From contig OZ025649.1 of NCBI GenBank assembly GCA_964019335.1, forward strand, positions 868,001 to 932,000: 64,000 nt of DNA, in the 5' to 3' direction. Positions 33,838 through 44,697 of this stretch are shown here, piece by piece (the first letter of the stretch is position 1; every line of letters begins with the position of its first letter). Source of the stretch: Diplonema japonicum (lineage: Eukaryota; Protista; Euglenozoa: Diplonemea). The notes beneath the pieces were generated by a model. That model searched no databases and was not told where the DNA came from. It saw only the letters and a list, made by a program, of their open reading frames with translations. The position numbers and the translations under genes were made by a program.

Positions 33838-34821
33838 ATGGGGCGGAAGGTTATATGCACACTCCACATATCAGTCCACAAGGAGAGTTACCGTGTCGAG
33901 CTAGATGTGGAGATAGAAGAGACTGAGCAGGTGAGGGACGTAAAGAAAGAGCTGAGGAGGAAGTACAGTATTTTGAAGAGCGCTGAGAAGTTAAAACTCT
34001 TTAGAGATGGTGCCATGGCACGGGAAGACAGCCCTGCAATGGAGAGATACTCGTTGGTGGCTGTGGGTGTGGGAGATGTGGCGTCTTGCTTGATTAGGTT
34101 AGATGACAAGGTTCTAGCATACGTACTTGAGTATGTAGAAGCAGCTCAGTGGGGCAAGGTGCGCTTGGTGTGTAGCAAGCTTCATGCTGTTGGTCGCAGC
34201 ATGCCGACGAGAATCAGAGTTAGAGTCAAGAACGTTACGGATGTAGGCATTAAGGGTATTTTGAGTCTGTCCCTGCGGCATCTTGATCTGTCCTCGACAC
34301 AGGTGACGGATGGCATATTGCCATCTCTCAACGTGCTGTGCGCCAATCTTGAGTATTTGTCTTTGAGTTGGAACCAGGGTATACGAGACCTTTCTTCCCT
34401 TTCCCTCCCCATGCTCAGGGAGCTCAACGTCAATGGTTGCTACCGCCTCCGCGCCATGCCGCGTCCTGAGAATAACTTGTCCCTTTCTATTGTCATGGTG
34501 CATGATGCAATCCCGGTATCGACAGGCAGCTTTGTCTTTCGCCAGCTCATCAATATCCACGTCAACAGCGTCTGTGGTCCTTTTCTTGTGAAGGGCTTGT
34601 CCCCTTCCGACACCGTTCAATCTCTGTCAGAGCAGATTTGCACCGCTACTGGAGTCCCCATACAGGACCAGACGCTCACCTTTAATAAGAAGTACTTGAA
34701 ACAATCGGACGTTATTAGTGAGATGGGCATTAAGGACTGCTCCGCTGTTTTTCTTGTGTTTCCAATACTCAGTGTTGACTGTGTCGCTCCGGGCGGGGGA
34801 TACCAACAGGCTAGTGGGTAG
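33838..34821 (+). CDS. Ubiquitin-like + F-box + LRR + ubiquitin-like protein
   Basis: N-terminal Ubl (EQVRDVKKEL..KLKLF), F-box (LDDKVLAYVLEYV...VRLVCSKL), three LRRs, C-terminal Ubl (SDTVQSLSEQI..TGVPIQDQTLTF..GI). Confidence 0.72.
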   Translation: MGRKVICTLHISVHKESYRVELDVEIEETEQVRDVKKELRRKYSILKSAEKLKLFRDGAMAREDSPAMERYSLVAVGVGDVASCLIRLDDKVLAYVLEYVEAAQWGKVRLVCSKLHAVGRSMPTRIRVRVKNVTDVGIKGILSLSLRHLDLSSTQVTDGILPSLNVLCANLEYLSLSWNQGIRDLSSLSLPMLRELNVNGCYRLRAMPRPENNLSLSIVMVHDAIPVSTGSFVFRQLINIHVNSVCGPFLVKGLSPSDTVQSLSEQICTATGVPIQDQTLTFNKKYLKQSDVISEMGIKDCSAVFLVFPILSVDCVAPGGGYQQASG

Positions 34822-34941
34822 ATTAATTATTTCTGGTGGGTCGTTGCTAACGCTTCTTCCCATTGTGATTATTTGTGAGATTATTTTTTTTTTTGTATCT
34901 GACTTAGTATCCGTTAAGCACACTCACTACAGGGGGGGGGC

Positions 34942-36010
34942 ATGCTCCTCCTCATTGGGTTGGTATTGGCGACGACGCCGACATTTGTAAAGGAATGTGA
35001 GTATCAGTTTCAACCTAAACTAGACGTAGATATGGTGTACCAGATAGGGACGGTGGGCGGCGACGATGCTTTTCAGATGCTTCTGACATACCCTTCGGTG
35101 ATGGGCTCATGGGCTGCTGTCGGCTTCAGAGGAACAGGAATGGCAGGACAAGGCATGGAGGGTTTCGGCATTGTGGCATTCGATTCAGCAACGGATGCAG
35201 TCTCGGAGTATGCGTTAATGTTGAGCGACACCAAGCCCACAACGCCAAGTGCTGTTAACGATGCAGTTTTCGTTGAGAGGGTGCAAGTTCAGGACAAGAC
35301 TACAGTATGATAATCAACAGCTGCTGACTACCACACAGACTACGTTTTTCAGGAAGATGACAACAGGAGATGTAACCGACTACTCGTTCACTAAGGGGAG
35401 CACAGTGAATGTGGCCTTGGCAATTGGGGATGGCACTGCTGGTGTGAATGGAAACTGGCAAGGTCATCTACAAACAAATAGAGATACCGCTAACCTTACC
35501 TTCCACCCTTGTCTTGTCGTCCCGCAAGCACAGCCTCAGCCTCCTCAGGTAACGCCTCAGGTGACACCTCAAGAGCCTCCACAAGTTGCGCCTCAAATGG
35601 CGCCGGTGGTCGTGCCCGAAATCGTCCCTGAAACTGTGCCGCAGGCAAGCGTCCCTGTCGAACCTCCGAGAATTGTTCCCGAGTCCACAATTAAAACCCC
35701 ACAACCGAATAACCCAGACGCACCAGCTGATACTTCTGATGGAGGTATCTCGATGGGAGCAATATTGGCGATCGTCGGTGGTGTTGTCCTACTGTGCGGA
35801 GCCATTGTGGGGTTTTACTATTATTCGAGACCAGGGGCAAACAGTTCAGGAATGAATTGGAACGAAATGAGGGACTTAGAAAGAGACATTGAGGTGTGTT
35901 ATATTTCATATTCGGCCGAAATTTTCCCGACATCCTCTCCGGCAATGATGCACTTACTGATCTGTTTTTATCGCCAGAATGACCCGAAGCGGTTTTCGTA
36001 TAGTGGTTAG
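34942..36010 (+). CDS. Type I membrane protein: signal peptide, DOMON domain, Pro-rich stalk, TM; introns 35305..35338 and 35894..35977
   Basis: SWAAVGF...M, TFFRK, ALAIG...H fit the DOMON pattern. PQV repeats and TM ILAIVGGVVLLCGAIVGFYYY. The 3' exon is uncertain. Confidence 0.75.
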
Positions 36011-36517
36011 TACACTTCGTTGTGGCCGAAGAAACCCGAGTTCGATTCTCGGAAGCCGCTATTTTTTTTGTTAAGCCTACTTTCCCAATAGCTGGTCGAT
36101 TTCTCAGTGTCTTTGGATTTTTTTTTTGCGGGCCGTTGCTAACCACTTCGTTCCTATCATAATGAATTCCCCCCCCCTGTGTAACCCCTGGGAATCCCTT
36201 TGAGACTAAGGCGGGGTCACTTTTTGGATGTGAAGGGTAAACCTGTTCGTTTAAAAGTTACTTAATTCTTTTTCCACCACAGTCGACTCTTGACCAGGCG
36301 CAACACATACGAGGAGAAGATACAGCGGCTAACCAAGGGTACAAACACATGGCGTTTTAAAGTTGAAAAGTAGTAACACGGGTGATACTTATTATCACAG
36401 ATTCTTCTTGGACGTGAAATATATCCCGACCAGGTCGTAGTTGTTGTTTAGAATTTTCTCATCGCGTACCTCCGGTAGCCACTACACAGGTGATTTTTTC
36501 TTTTATTTGTCTATAAA

Positions 36518-37123
36518 ATGTCAGATGATAAGACAATCTTCGTGCGTAACGTGAGTGACCGAGTGTCACCGACGAATGTAAGAGAGATGTTTGAGCTGTG
36601 CGGGAAGATCGAGGGGTTTAAAAAGCAGTGGGATATAAAGGCATGCATGTTTGTATATTGTATTGAGTTCTGCAAAGTAGCAAGTGCATTAGCAGCATGC
36701 GCGTTGTCCGGGAGGGAGGTGGATGGGAAGGACCTCATCATCGAAGGTTCTCCTATGGACAAGTATGGAAAAAATCCGATGGCCGCATTAAACATGGAGG
36801 ACAATTTGGCTGTTAATGCAACAGCTTCTCCTGCAGAACAACTGAAAGCCCTCCTTAGAGCGAATGATACCTCTATCACACACGCAGATGGTTGTTCGTG
36901 CCCTCTCTGCTCAAAGCAGGAGGAGAGTAAAGAGCTAATTACCGATCCTTGCAACCTCTGTACTTCCATGCTTCACTTTTCTAAGGACTGTCCTATTCTC
37001 AAGGAGACTTTCCGGTCAGATTCCGACTCGTGTTCTTCTTCGTACAGCTCCCGTGACCGCAAGCGGAAGAGGAGACGAGAAAGAAAAGGTAAGAAAAGCA
37101 GATCTAGTAAGCGGAGGAGGTAG
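36518..37123 (+). CDS. RRM + CCHC zinc-knuckle protein with an RS/basic tail (splicing-factor-like)
   Basis: TIFVRNV...FELCGKI...IEF (RRM), CNLCTSMLHFSKDC knuckle, S/R/K-rich end. Confidence 0.8.
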   Translation: MSDDKTIFVRNVSDRVSPTNVREMFELCGKIEGFKKQWDIKACMFVYCIEFCKVASALAACALSGREVDGKDLIIEGSPMDKYGKNPMAALNMEDNLAVNATASPAEQLKALLRANDTSITHADGCSCPLCSKQEESKELITDPCNLCTSMLHFSKDCPILKETFRSDSDSCSSSYSSRDRKRKRRRERKGKKSRSSKRRR

Positions 37124-37217
37124 AGGTCACGCTTCTTTTATTCTTAATATTTAGCTTTTATTTAAGGCCCCCCTTTCACCTTTTCCAAAACAGTAAAATA
37201 CTGAATACTACTATACT

Positions 37218-38042
37218 ATGTCGTGCTGTCCACCTGGAGCGGTTGGTTACCTGGAGCCGCAGGGAGAGAACGGAACGAAGGCTACTGCCGGTGGGTTTGA
37301 GGTGTACGAGTCCGGTGAATTTGGGAAGCCGATGTTGTTGCTGCTTCCGGACATCTGGGGGTGGAACGGCGGTAGGATCCGCAGCTTGGCCGACAACTTC
37401 GCGAAGAACGGGTACTTCGTTGCCATTGCCAAGCTGATGCCAGCATTTGAGGGCGGGACAGACGATGATGCCCTGCCCCCCAACTTTGATATGTCGAGGT
37501 TGAAGGAGTGTGTCTTCCCCCTCTTCATGGGTGAATGGGCTGTCGAGAAAGTTGTTCCGAAGGTCCAAAAGGTGTTGGAGCACTACGCTAGCAAGGGGGT
37601 GGAGAAGGTTTCATTATACGGGTTCTGCTACGGCGCGTGGGTCGGCATGCATCTTGCTGCTTCTAAGACGGCAATTCCTATTGTGTGTGCCGCTTCGTCA
37701 CACCCTTCGGTCCACATTGAGGGGCTGATTGGAAAAGACCCTTCTGCTCTCGCAAGCAAGCAGTCGTGTCCATGGCTCTTCCAGCCTACTGGTGTGCTCG
37801 GTTCGGAGGAAGCAGACCCTGATATGTACGATGCTGGCGGTATTCTGATGAAGGCTCTTGAGGAGCTGCACCCTGGTAAGAACCAGTCCACGAGGTACGC
37901 GGCACAGCCTCACGGTTTCGTAACCAGGGGTGCCATCACCAACGGTACGGTCATTGGGTCTAACGACAATACCAAGTCTGACATTGAGAAGGCTGTTACA
38001 GAAGTCTTGGCATTCATGGAGAAGAGTGGTGCCAAATGCTGA
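37218..38042 (+). CDS. Dienelactone hydrolase family protein
   Basis: PDIWG, nucleophile elbow GFCYG, SHPS, HGFVTRG. Confidence 0.9.
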   Translation: MSCCPPGAVGYLEPQGENGTKATAGGFEVYESGEFGKPMLLLLPDIWGWNGGRIRSLADNFAKNGYFVAIAKLMPAFEGGTDDDALPPNFDMSRLKECVFPLFMGEWAVEKVVPKVQKVLEHYASKGVEKVSLYGFCYGAWVGMHLAASKTAIPIVCAASSHPSVHIEGLIGKDPSALASKQSCPWLFQPTGVLGSEEADPDMYDAGGILMKALEELHPGKNQSTRYAAQPHGFVTRGAITNGTVIGSNDNTKSDIEKAVTEVLAFMEKSGAKC

Positions 38043-38448
38043 AAGTGTGAATTGTGAACACTGGGTTCTTGGAGCAGAGGAGCCAAAGATATTATTAAGG
38101 CTTCTCCTTGGACCCTTTTTTTTGTTTTTTTTTTTTTTTGTATTTCTTACACGCGTCCTCACCAACTCGGTTGAAGGTTTTATACTAAGATACCGACAAG
38201 GCTGAGCGAGGGGCCGAACAGCAGAGAGGGATAGGTCCTCTCGTAGTGTAACAATTTCAGAGTGTCGTGAAATAAAACCACTTACGTATCGCCAATGAAT
38301 GACTTTACCGCCTCTCGGTTCTGAATTCTACCATCGAGGGCCCTGAGTAACGGTGAGGTCATTACTTATTAGTAGTATATAGCTATTGTCTGTTTCAGGT
38401 AGTCAGTCTGTGTTGCATCATATTATTAACAGGAAAGGATCGCAGACA

Positions 38449-39483
38449 ATGAATCTTGACAAATGGATAAAGCAAGTGAGAGAGGGACAGCATTTACAAG
38501 AGCGGGATATGAAGACACTGTGCCGGTTTGTGTGTGGGCTGCTTCTGGAGGAGAGTAACGTGCAGGTCGTGCACACACCAGTGACGATCTGCGGTGACAT
38601 CCACGGTCAGTTCTTCGATCTGCTACAGCTGTTCAAAACGGGTGGAGAGGTAGAGGATGGGAAGAGATATATTTTCCTAGGTGACTTTGTTGACAGAGGG
38701 CATAACAGTTTGGAAACGCTAACTTTGTTGATACTGTATAAAGCAAGGTGGCCAGAGAGAGTGACACTCTTAAGAGGTAATCACGAGTCCAGACAGGTGA
38801 CTACTATCTATGGGTTCTGGGATGAGTGCCAAAGCAAATACGGTGGGTCAGAGGTCTGGCGATCCTGCACGGAGGTGTTTGACTGTCTTCCTTTAGCTGC
38901 TCTTGTGGACGGGAGAGTGCTGTGCGTGCACGGTGGTTTGTCTCCTATGATTCGCACAGTTGACCAAATACGGCAGATCCAGCGGAAGCAGGAGATTCCC
39001 GGTGAGGGTATGTTCTGCGACATCATGTGGTCTGACCCAGATGACCAAATCGAAACGTGGTCTGTCTCTCCCCGTGGGGCAGGGTGGCTCTTTGGGAGCC
39101 GCGTCACGAAGGAGTTTACAAAAATCAATAACCTCGAGCTAATCTGCAGAGCTCACCAGCTTGTTCAGGAAGGGTACAAATATCACTTCAGGGTATGTGT
39201 TAGGGGAAAAGAACGAACACACACGCGCATACACACAGGGGAGCGATCTCGTAACAGTCTGGTCAGCACCAAACTACTGCTACCGGTGCAGTAATCTTGC
39301 CTCAATATTAACCATTAATGAGAAGGTATGGGAGGGTTCATTCTTGCTTTTCCTTCTTTCTCTTGTTCTCGTGGGGAATTTACAAATATACACACACAGT
39401 TGATTCGCGATTTCCAGGTCTTCCGAGAGACATCGCCCCAGTTCGACTACCAGGCCATTGTGCGCCCGTCGTACTTCTTGTGA
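38449..39483 (+). CDS. PPP6C: Ser/Thr phosphatase PP6 (Sit4) catalytic subunit; introns 39193..39238 and 39326..39399
   Basis: GDIHG, GDFVDRG, RGNHE. Splicing restores [13 protein letters not shown] and the terminal YFL*. The N-terminus [14 protein letters not shown] is PP6-like. Confidence 0.9.
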
Positions 39484-39940
39484 TCAAGTACTTTCTTCTT
39501 TCGCTTCTTTCACCCTTCCCCTTTATGTCATCCCCCGGTCATGCCTACGAGGAAAGAAGGTGCTCTAGTAACAAGTGGGAGGAGGGGTCTGGGCGCCTAG
39601 TCCCTGCGTGTTTATTACGGTTTGGGTCCTTAGTAGAGCTGGCTGTTGCAAAGTCCCCCCCCCCCCCCCCCCCCCCTGTGAGTAGTGTGTAAGGAGTGAT
39701 TTAAAAGAAAAAGGAGAACAAAAGTAAAAAGAAAGATAGTGTAGACCCATTCCCCACCCCTACCACTCCAGACCCTGCCCTATTTTACCCTTGCCTCTCC
39801 CGGCTCCGTATTCCCCCCCTTCATTCTGTTTTGCAGTTTTCTTTTTTGTCCCTGCTGCTTTCTTGTTTTCAAAAAAGAATGGTGATTTCTGTTTAAGGTT
39901 TAGTTTATTAGCAACGCATCATTATTCATCATCAGGCGCA

Positions 39941-40459
39941 ATGGGGTGTGCGTGCAGTTGCCAGCCAGGCCACCCTGCTCCGCTGCGGGATGTCATGAGG
40001 AGGAGGCCTGGGCTGCTAGGCTTGGGGAGGAGGAGGAGAGGGCGAGCCACACGGAACGCAGATGATACAGAGAGCAGTGTCAGTGTTGACAGCTGGGAAG
40101 ACGAGGGGTACAGGATGCTGCTTTGGGAGAAGGAGGTCCTCGAGGGCTTCTACAAGGAGTTCGGCGACGCTGAGGTGAGGGTACGCCGTGAAGAGTGTGC
40201 CGCTTTCTTGCATCTTAATAAGCAGTTCACAGAGGAGTTTCCTAGCCAGGCCCCACCGGGAATACCTATCAATGACACCCCCCCTCTCCCCCCCCTTCCT
40301 TTCTCTACTCCTCTACCGCCCCTACCTCACTTACCGCCCCTACCTCACCTACCACCCGTCCTTTCCAAGGCAGTCTCCATCCCCGACAATCTCTCCCCTG
40401 GTGCCCCCTATCAGCTCCCCTTCCCTCTTCCTCATACCGAACCGTGTTATGCCTGCTGA
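39941..40459 (+). CDS. Small Pro-rich protein with a predicted myristoylation/palmitoylation N-terminus
   Basis: MGCACSC start 5 nt after CAG, with an LPPLPH repeat. Confidence 0.65.
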   Translation: MGCACSCQPGHPAPLRDVMRRRPGLLGLGRRRRGRATRNADDTESSVSVDSWEDEGYRMLLWEKEVLEGFYKEFGDAEVRVRREECAAFLHLNKQFTEEFPSQAPPGIPINDTPPLPPLPFSTPLPPLPHLPPLPHLPPVLSKAVSIPDNLSPGAPYQLPFPLPHTEPCYAC

Positions 40460-40756
40460 AGCCGGCTACATCGCTCCTTCTCCTGCCTTGTTTTATTAGA
40501 GATTTGATGTAGGACATCATAAAATGTTTCATATCCCCACACTGCGTCTTCGTACTCTTTTTCTTTTCTTCTACTGGTATGCGTGACGTGCAAACACGCT
40601 GCATTCCATTTTTAGTTTTGTCAGGCTGTCTTCAGACTTCTTTCTTGTTGCAGACGTGTACTTGTGACCTGCACCGTATCCTGCCTCTGCTAAGTGAGAG
40701 TAGTATTTTATTCGGGTTTACAGGTGGACATATGTCATGTACTCTAGGTAACACAT

Positions 40757-41715
40757 ATGGCCACAAACAGCACTAACACGTCACGGGCCTCTACAACTGT
40801 GGGTTTTAAGTGCGTTACATTAAATGCAAAGGTGCTTGCGAAGGTGATTTCTCTGCTGTTGTGGAGTAAGGACAGTGCTTGCCAGGTGGTGGTGAGCAGC
40901 ACGGGGCTGCGTGTGCACATGACAGATGCGGGGAAGAGCGTGCATGCTACGGCTCTCATAAGAGACGAGTTGTTTTCTGAAATCAGTACAAATGGAAAAA
41001 GTGTGTACTTTGGGGTAAACTTAAGTCACTTTTTGAATGCTCTGGGTATGCTGGGCCCTGGGCCCCAGCTTTCGCCACTAACAGTGAGGTACCCAGGGCA
41101 GGACGGCTCTCTCATCATCGAAATCGTGGATGGCACACACAGCACATCGTGTGCTCTAGCTGCTCGGCCATGGGACGGGGAGAGCCTTGACTTGGAGTTC
41201 TCAAAGCACGAGACTCTCGTTAAGGCAACGATCAAGGCAGAGCTATTGAAGGAGGTAGTCACTGACTTGGAGCAGCTCCAGACGGACGCTGTAGAGATAA
41301 GCTTCGATGTGGACAAACAGTCTCTGACCTTCACCGGAGGGTCGCCTAGCAATGGGGAGGTGTCGATCGAGGCCCTACATCACTCCAGTAACCAGCTGCT
41401 GCAGTCCATTGAGGTAAAGAAGACAGGTAGCACAGCATTGAGCCTTTCACATGTATCGCACACTATAAAAACCGACTATTTCAAAGACGTCTCTGCGAAG
41501 GGAGCAGGTGCTTCGGACCACGTATGCCACATTTGCAACAACATCTCACCTAGATTACACTGCGCATTAATGCTGTCGGAACCCTTTGCCTGCTTTATCA
41601 CATTAGGTCTCTGGACATAGCGGCAACTTGTGGAGTGGAGTGCACGATGCTTCCCTTGTATAGGACGAGCGACGACAACGAGATTGAAGAGTCGACCCCT
41701 CTAGGCTTGAGGTAG
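40757..41715 (+). CDS. RAD1: 9-1-1 checkpoint clamp subunit Rad1; intron 41522..41553
   Basis: NAKVL..VIS...GLRV...KSVHATALIRDELF..FGVNLSHFLNAL fits the PCNA-fold Rad1 pattern. The spliced tail ITLRINAVGTL...VECTMLP completes the fold. Confidence 0.85.
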
Positions 41716-41821
41716 GGTTTTGTACTTCCCCTTTTTATTCAGAAAGGTGCAGGTTTTCTATCTCGCAGTGCCTGCTTGTTTATGTTACGCTTTTCATACG
41801 TGTGAGATATTTAGGAGACAT

Positions 41822-42475
41822 ATGGGACTGTTCAGCTCGAAGGACGAGGATGTAGTCCTTGAAGACGAGACCAATGAATGTGACATAGTCGCAGAGGTGC
41901 AAGGAATCCACAGCGAGCTCCGGAGGAGCATTGAGGAAATACAGAGAGGTCTTGACGAGGGCAGCGAGATAGTGACAGCAGCGCAGATGGGGATAAGCAT
42001 AATGAACGAGGCGAAGGATATGAAAGGTGATGGGAAGAGGGCGCTCATGGACGAGAGGGTGAAGGCACACGTGAAGCAGTTGCAGAGCGCTGTACGGGAC
42101 CTTCGTGAGCGACAGGACATGTGGACAGCTACTCACATTGAGATCCGGAGGAAGTTGCAGGGTTACCGAGTGACAGTGACATGTGCTAGCACTGAAGCAC
42201 TCATCTCTCAGCTCATTTTATTAAGCAGGAGCTACACTACAGCCCTCGGCACACAGCGAGACACGATCTCAAAAATATCCGCTAACCTGAAGATGGCATC
42301 TGACTACCTTGCCTCGTCTCTTGTCATCATAAACACCGGCCATATGGGTAAGAAGCCTCTTATAGCTGGTGAGTCTACAGCCCACAGCCTGGGTTCGCGC
42401 GGGAGACTAGGCACTTTGTCTGCATCTTCACCAACGTGGCAGACCTTCCCGCTGAAGGAGAGCTTCCCTAAGTAG
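41822..42475 (+). CDS. Coiled-coil protein with an N-myristoylation motif
   Basis: MGLFSSK (MGxxxSK) start and a helical heptad pattern. Confidence 0.7.
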   Translation: MGLFSSKDEDVVLEDETNECDIVAEVQGIHSELRRSIEEIQRGLDEGSEIVTAAQMGISIMNEAKDMKGDGKRALMDERVKAHVKQLQSAVRDLRERQDMWTATHIEIRRKLQGYRVTVTCASTEALISQLILLSRSYTTALGTQRDTISKISANLKMASDYLASSLVIINTGHMGKKPLIAGESTAHSLGSRGRLGTLSASSPTWQTFPLKESFPK

Positions 42476-42552
42476 TGCGTGTTTTACAACACTTTGTGGT
42501 TTTGTTTGTTGTCTTTCATGATCTACTCGCACATTATCATCATCTCCAAGCA

Positions 42553-43746
42553 ATGACACTTCGGATGCGCAATAAGAAGAAGCAGGTCCCTTTAACGGGG
42601 ACACTGGGTGTGATGTGCATTTTATGCGTCGGGTTGTTGGTGCTGGAGTACAAGCATTTCGCTGTTTTGAAGGAGGTGAAGGACCTTGTAGAGTCTGTGG
42701 TTTGGTGCAATGGGGAGAACGGGATCCCGTTCGGTTCCCAAGGAACGAAGCGGGTGTATAGTGGTGCGTTGGGGTGGTGGGACGAGGTGGGCCCTTCAAC
42801 GAAGGATTGTCCAGTAGGCGCTAAGGGTGACAGCATCCCAACAGGCCACATGAGACTTCCTTCTCCCGAGGTGACAAAGGGCAAGCCCGTTGCCTTTTAT
42901 GTTCTGGAGGGTGCCAGCCTGCAGATCTCTGGAAGGCACGAGATGAGCGACAGGGTTTTCGGTCTCATCACTGTTCCTGATGCTTCCATCGCGCTGACAC
43001 GTAAGGCTCAGGTTTGCAGGGATGGCCAGTGGACTGCACTGCAGACAGGGCCCTTTGCAACCCACACATTTTACCCCAAGCAGATTATTGTGGGCTACTA
43101 CCACATCTGGGGTCCCGGCTTGCGTAGGGTTATAAGCAAGGGGCAGATGATTCAATCCCCTGGTTACGACCTGTCGTTAGCAGCTTCGGATAAAGGGTTC
43201 ACACTGCACAGCGACGGGTGGCTGTATGATGGGGATGCAACATGCAGGGAGGGTGCTACAAGGGTCAGTCATTGGTACCATGAGGTAGAGGTGCCGTTCA
43301 CCGTTTTAGCAAGACATGAGGGCAGTGGGTCTTTGGCACAAATTGAATACAGTGACGACAACCTATTCAAGGCTCGGCGGGGTGTGTTAAGCTTGTCCCA
43401 GGTGCTGCAGGACTCTGTCCATCGCATGGGACGCGTCTCTCTTGTTCTGCGGTGCACTTGCGTTTTGTCTGCTGCAGTTTGCCTTGCGATCGCTGGCCTC
43501 TCTTCAGTGACTTCCTTCTTCGTTTCGATTCTCGTAGCTTCTGCTACCATGAGCTCCACGGACTACGTGTTGTGGGGCGTATTCCATATGCCTACTACTC
43601 TTGCGTTGTCCCTGCCCTCCCTCACGCTGATTACCTTGGATTTCCTCTTCACTTGGTACTTTTGCACAAAGCGCTCTCCGAAGGGGCAGCATCCTAGGTC
43701 GCAGCAGCCACAGCCACAGCCGCGTTTCAAAGAAAAGATGAACTAG
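42553..43746 (+). CDS. Membrane protein (1 N-terminal TM, lumenal domain, 3 C-terminal TMs; TMEM43-like topology)
   Basis: Hydrophobicity layout and an FTVLAR strand. Family call is tentative. Confidence 0.55.
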   Translation: MTLRMRNKKKQVPLTGTLGVMCILCVGLLVLEYKHFAVLKEVKDLVESVVWCNGENGIPFGSQGTKRVYSGALGWWDEVGPSTKDCPVGAKGDSIPTGHMRLPSPEVTKGKPVAFYVLEGASLQISGRHEMSDRVFGLITVPDASIALTRKAQVCRDGQWTALQTGPFATHTFYPKQIIVGYYHIWGPGLRRVISKGQMIQSPGYDLSLAASDKGFTLHSDGWLYDGDATCREGATRVSHWYHEVEVPFTVLARHEGSGSLAQIEYSDDNLFKARRGVLSLSQVLQDSVHRMGRVSLVLRCTCVLSAAVCLAIAGLSSVTSFFVSILVASATMSSTDYVLWGVFHMPTTLALSLPSLTLITLDFLFTWYFCTKRSPKGQHPRSQQPQPQPRFKEKMN

Positions 43747-43843
43747 CTCCTTAATTTCCAAGTGTTTCCCTGCTTAATTCCTTTTTTTATTAAGTACACT
43801 ATTTTTCTCTCTCTATTCCCAGATATCGTATTCAAGTACAGGC

Positions 43844-44647
43844 ATGTCAAACGAGGCGGAGCGGTTGCGATATGAGGTAGCACGCCTCAATATGGAGTTG
43901 AGCAATACCCGGCATGCCTTGCAGACCGCTGAAGGCAGGATAGGCAAGATGGAAGGCCTGAAGGAGCCTCTCAGAGTGATACGAGACACATTGCGGGAGC
44001 GGGGGGAGCTGAGCAGTCTTGGTCCCTTGAGGGACGATATCGCGAGGCAGCTCGATGATAATGTGCATGATGCTGAGTGGGAGGGGTACTCACTTGCTAC
44101 AACGGATGTTCCACCACCTGACTGTATCCGGGCACCTCCGCCAGCTCCGCAGGTCTCGGCATCCGAATGCGTTCGGGCACCTCCGCCGGCTCCTCAGATC
44201 TCAGTACCACAGGCTTCTGGAACACCTTACTCTGTCGCTTCCCTTACAACAGTTATAGATAATCAGGACCACCTTCGGCACCAGCAGCTCAGCAGCGCAC
44301 TGTCTGGCCTGCATCCCGCAGACCGTAATGAGATTGTTGAGCAGGTTCTACATCGCATCACAAGTCCCAGCCCAAGAAGACGCAAGGAGAAGAAAGAGAG
44401 GAAGGAGAAGAAGAAGAAGAAGTCGCACCGGCGTCGCAGCCCGTCACCGGTTTATGCGAGACCCTCGTACCTGGGTTACTACTCGACGAGGACACCAGGC
44501 ACCCAGCAGCCCATCACGGTCACCGTTGCTAGCACGCCTTGCAGGTCATGCCACGGGACGGGCCAGTCGCCTTCGCACTTCCTCCCTGATGACTCTCTGC
44601 TCTCTCTTCTCCCCAGCCCCCCTGTACACTCTCGTGTAAATATGTAG
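43844..44647 (+). CDS. Hypothetical coiled-coil/Pro-rich protein with a basic NLS-like tract
   Basis: ATG after ACAG. Duplicated C.RAPPPAPQ.S unit and RRRKEKKERKEKKKKK. Confidence 0.7.
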   Translation: MSNEAERLRYEVARLNMELSNTRHALQTAEGRIGKMEGLKEPLRVIRDTLRERGELSSLGPLRDDIARQLDDNVHDAEWEGYSLATTDVPPPDCIRAPPPAPQVSASECVRAPPPAPQISVPQASGTPYSVASLTTVIDNQDHLRHQQLSSALSGLHPADRNEIVEQVLHRITSPSPRRRKEKKERKEKKKKKSHRRRSPSPVYARPSYLGYYSTRTPGTQQPITVTVASTPCRSCHGTGQSPSHFLPDDSLLSLLPSPPVHSRVNM

Positions 44648-44697
44648 CACTGTAATTATTTCTTTTCTATTCTTATCTATTATCTCGTGTAGGCGCC

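Noticed and set aside
38282-38346. ATGAATGA...CTGA...CTGA as a C/D snoRNA
   Set aside because: Imperfect C box, only ~52 nt, no C' box, and guide complementarity cannot be checked without the host rRNA.
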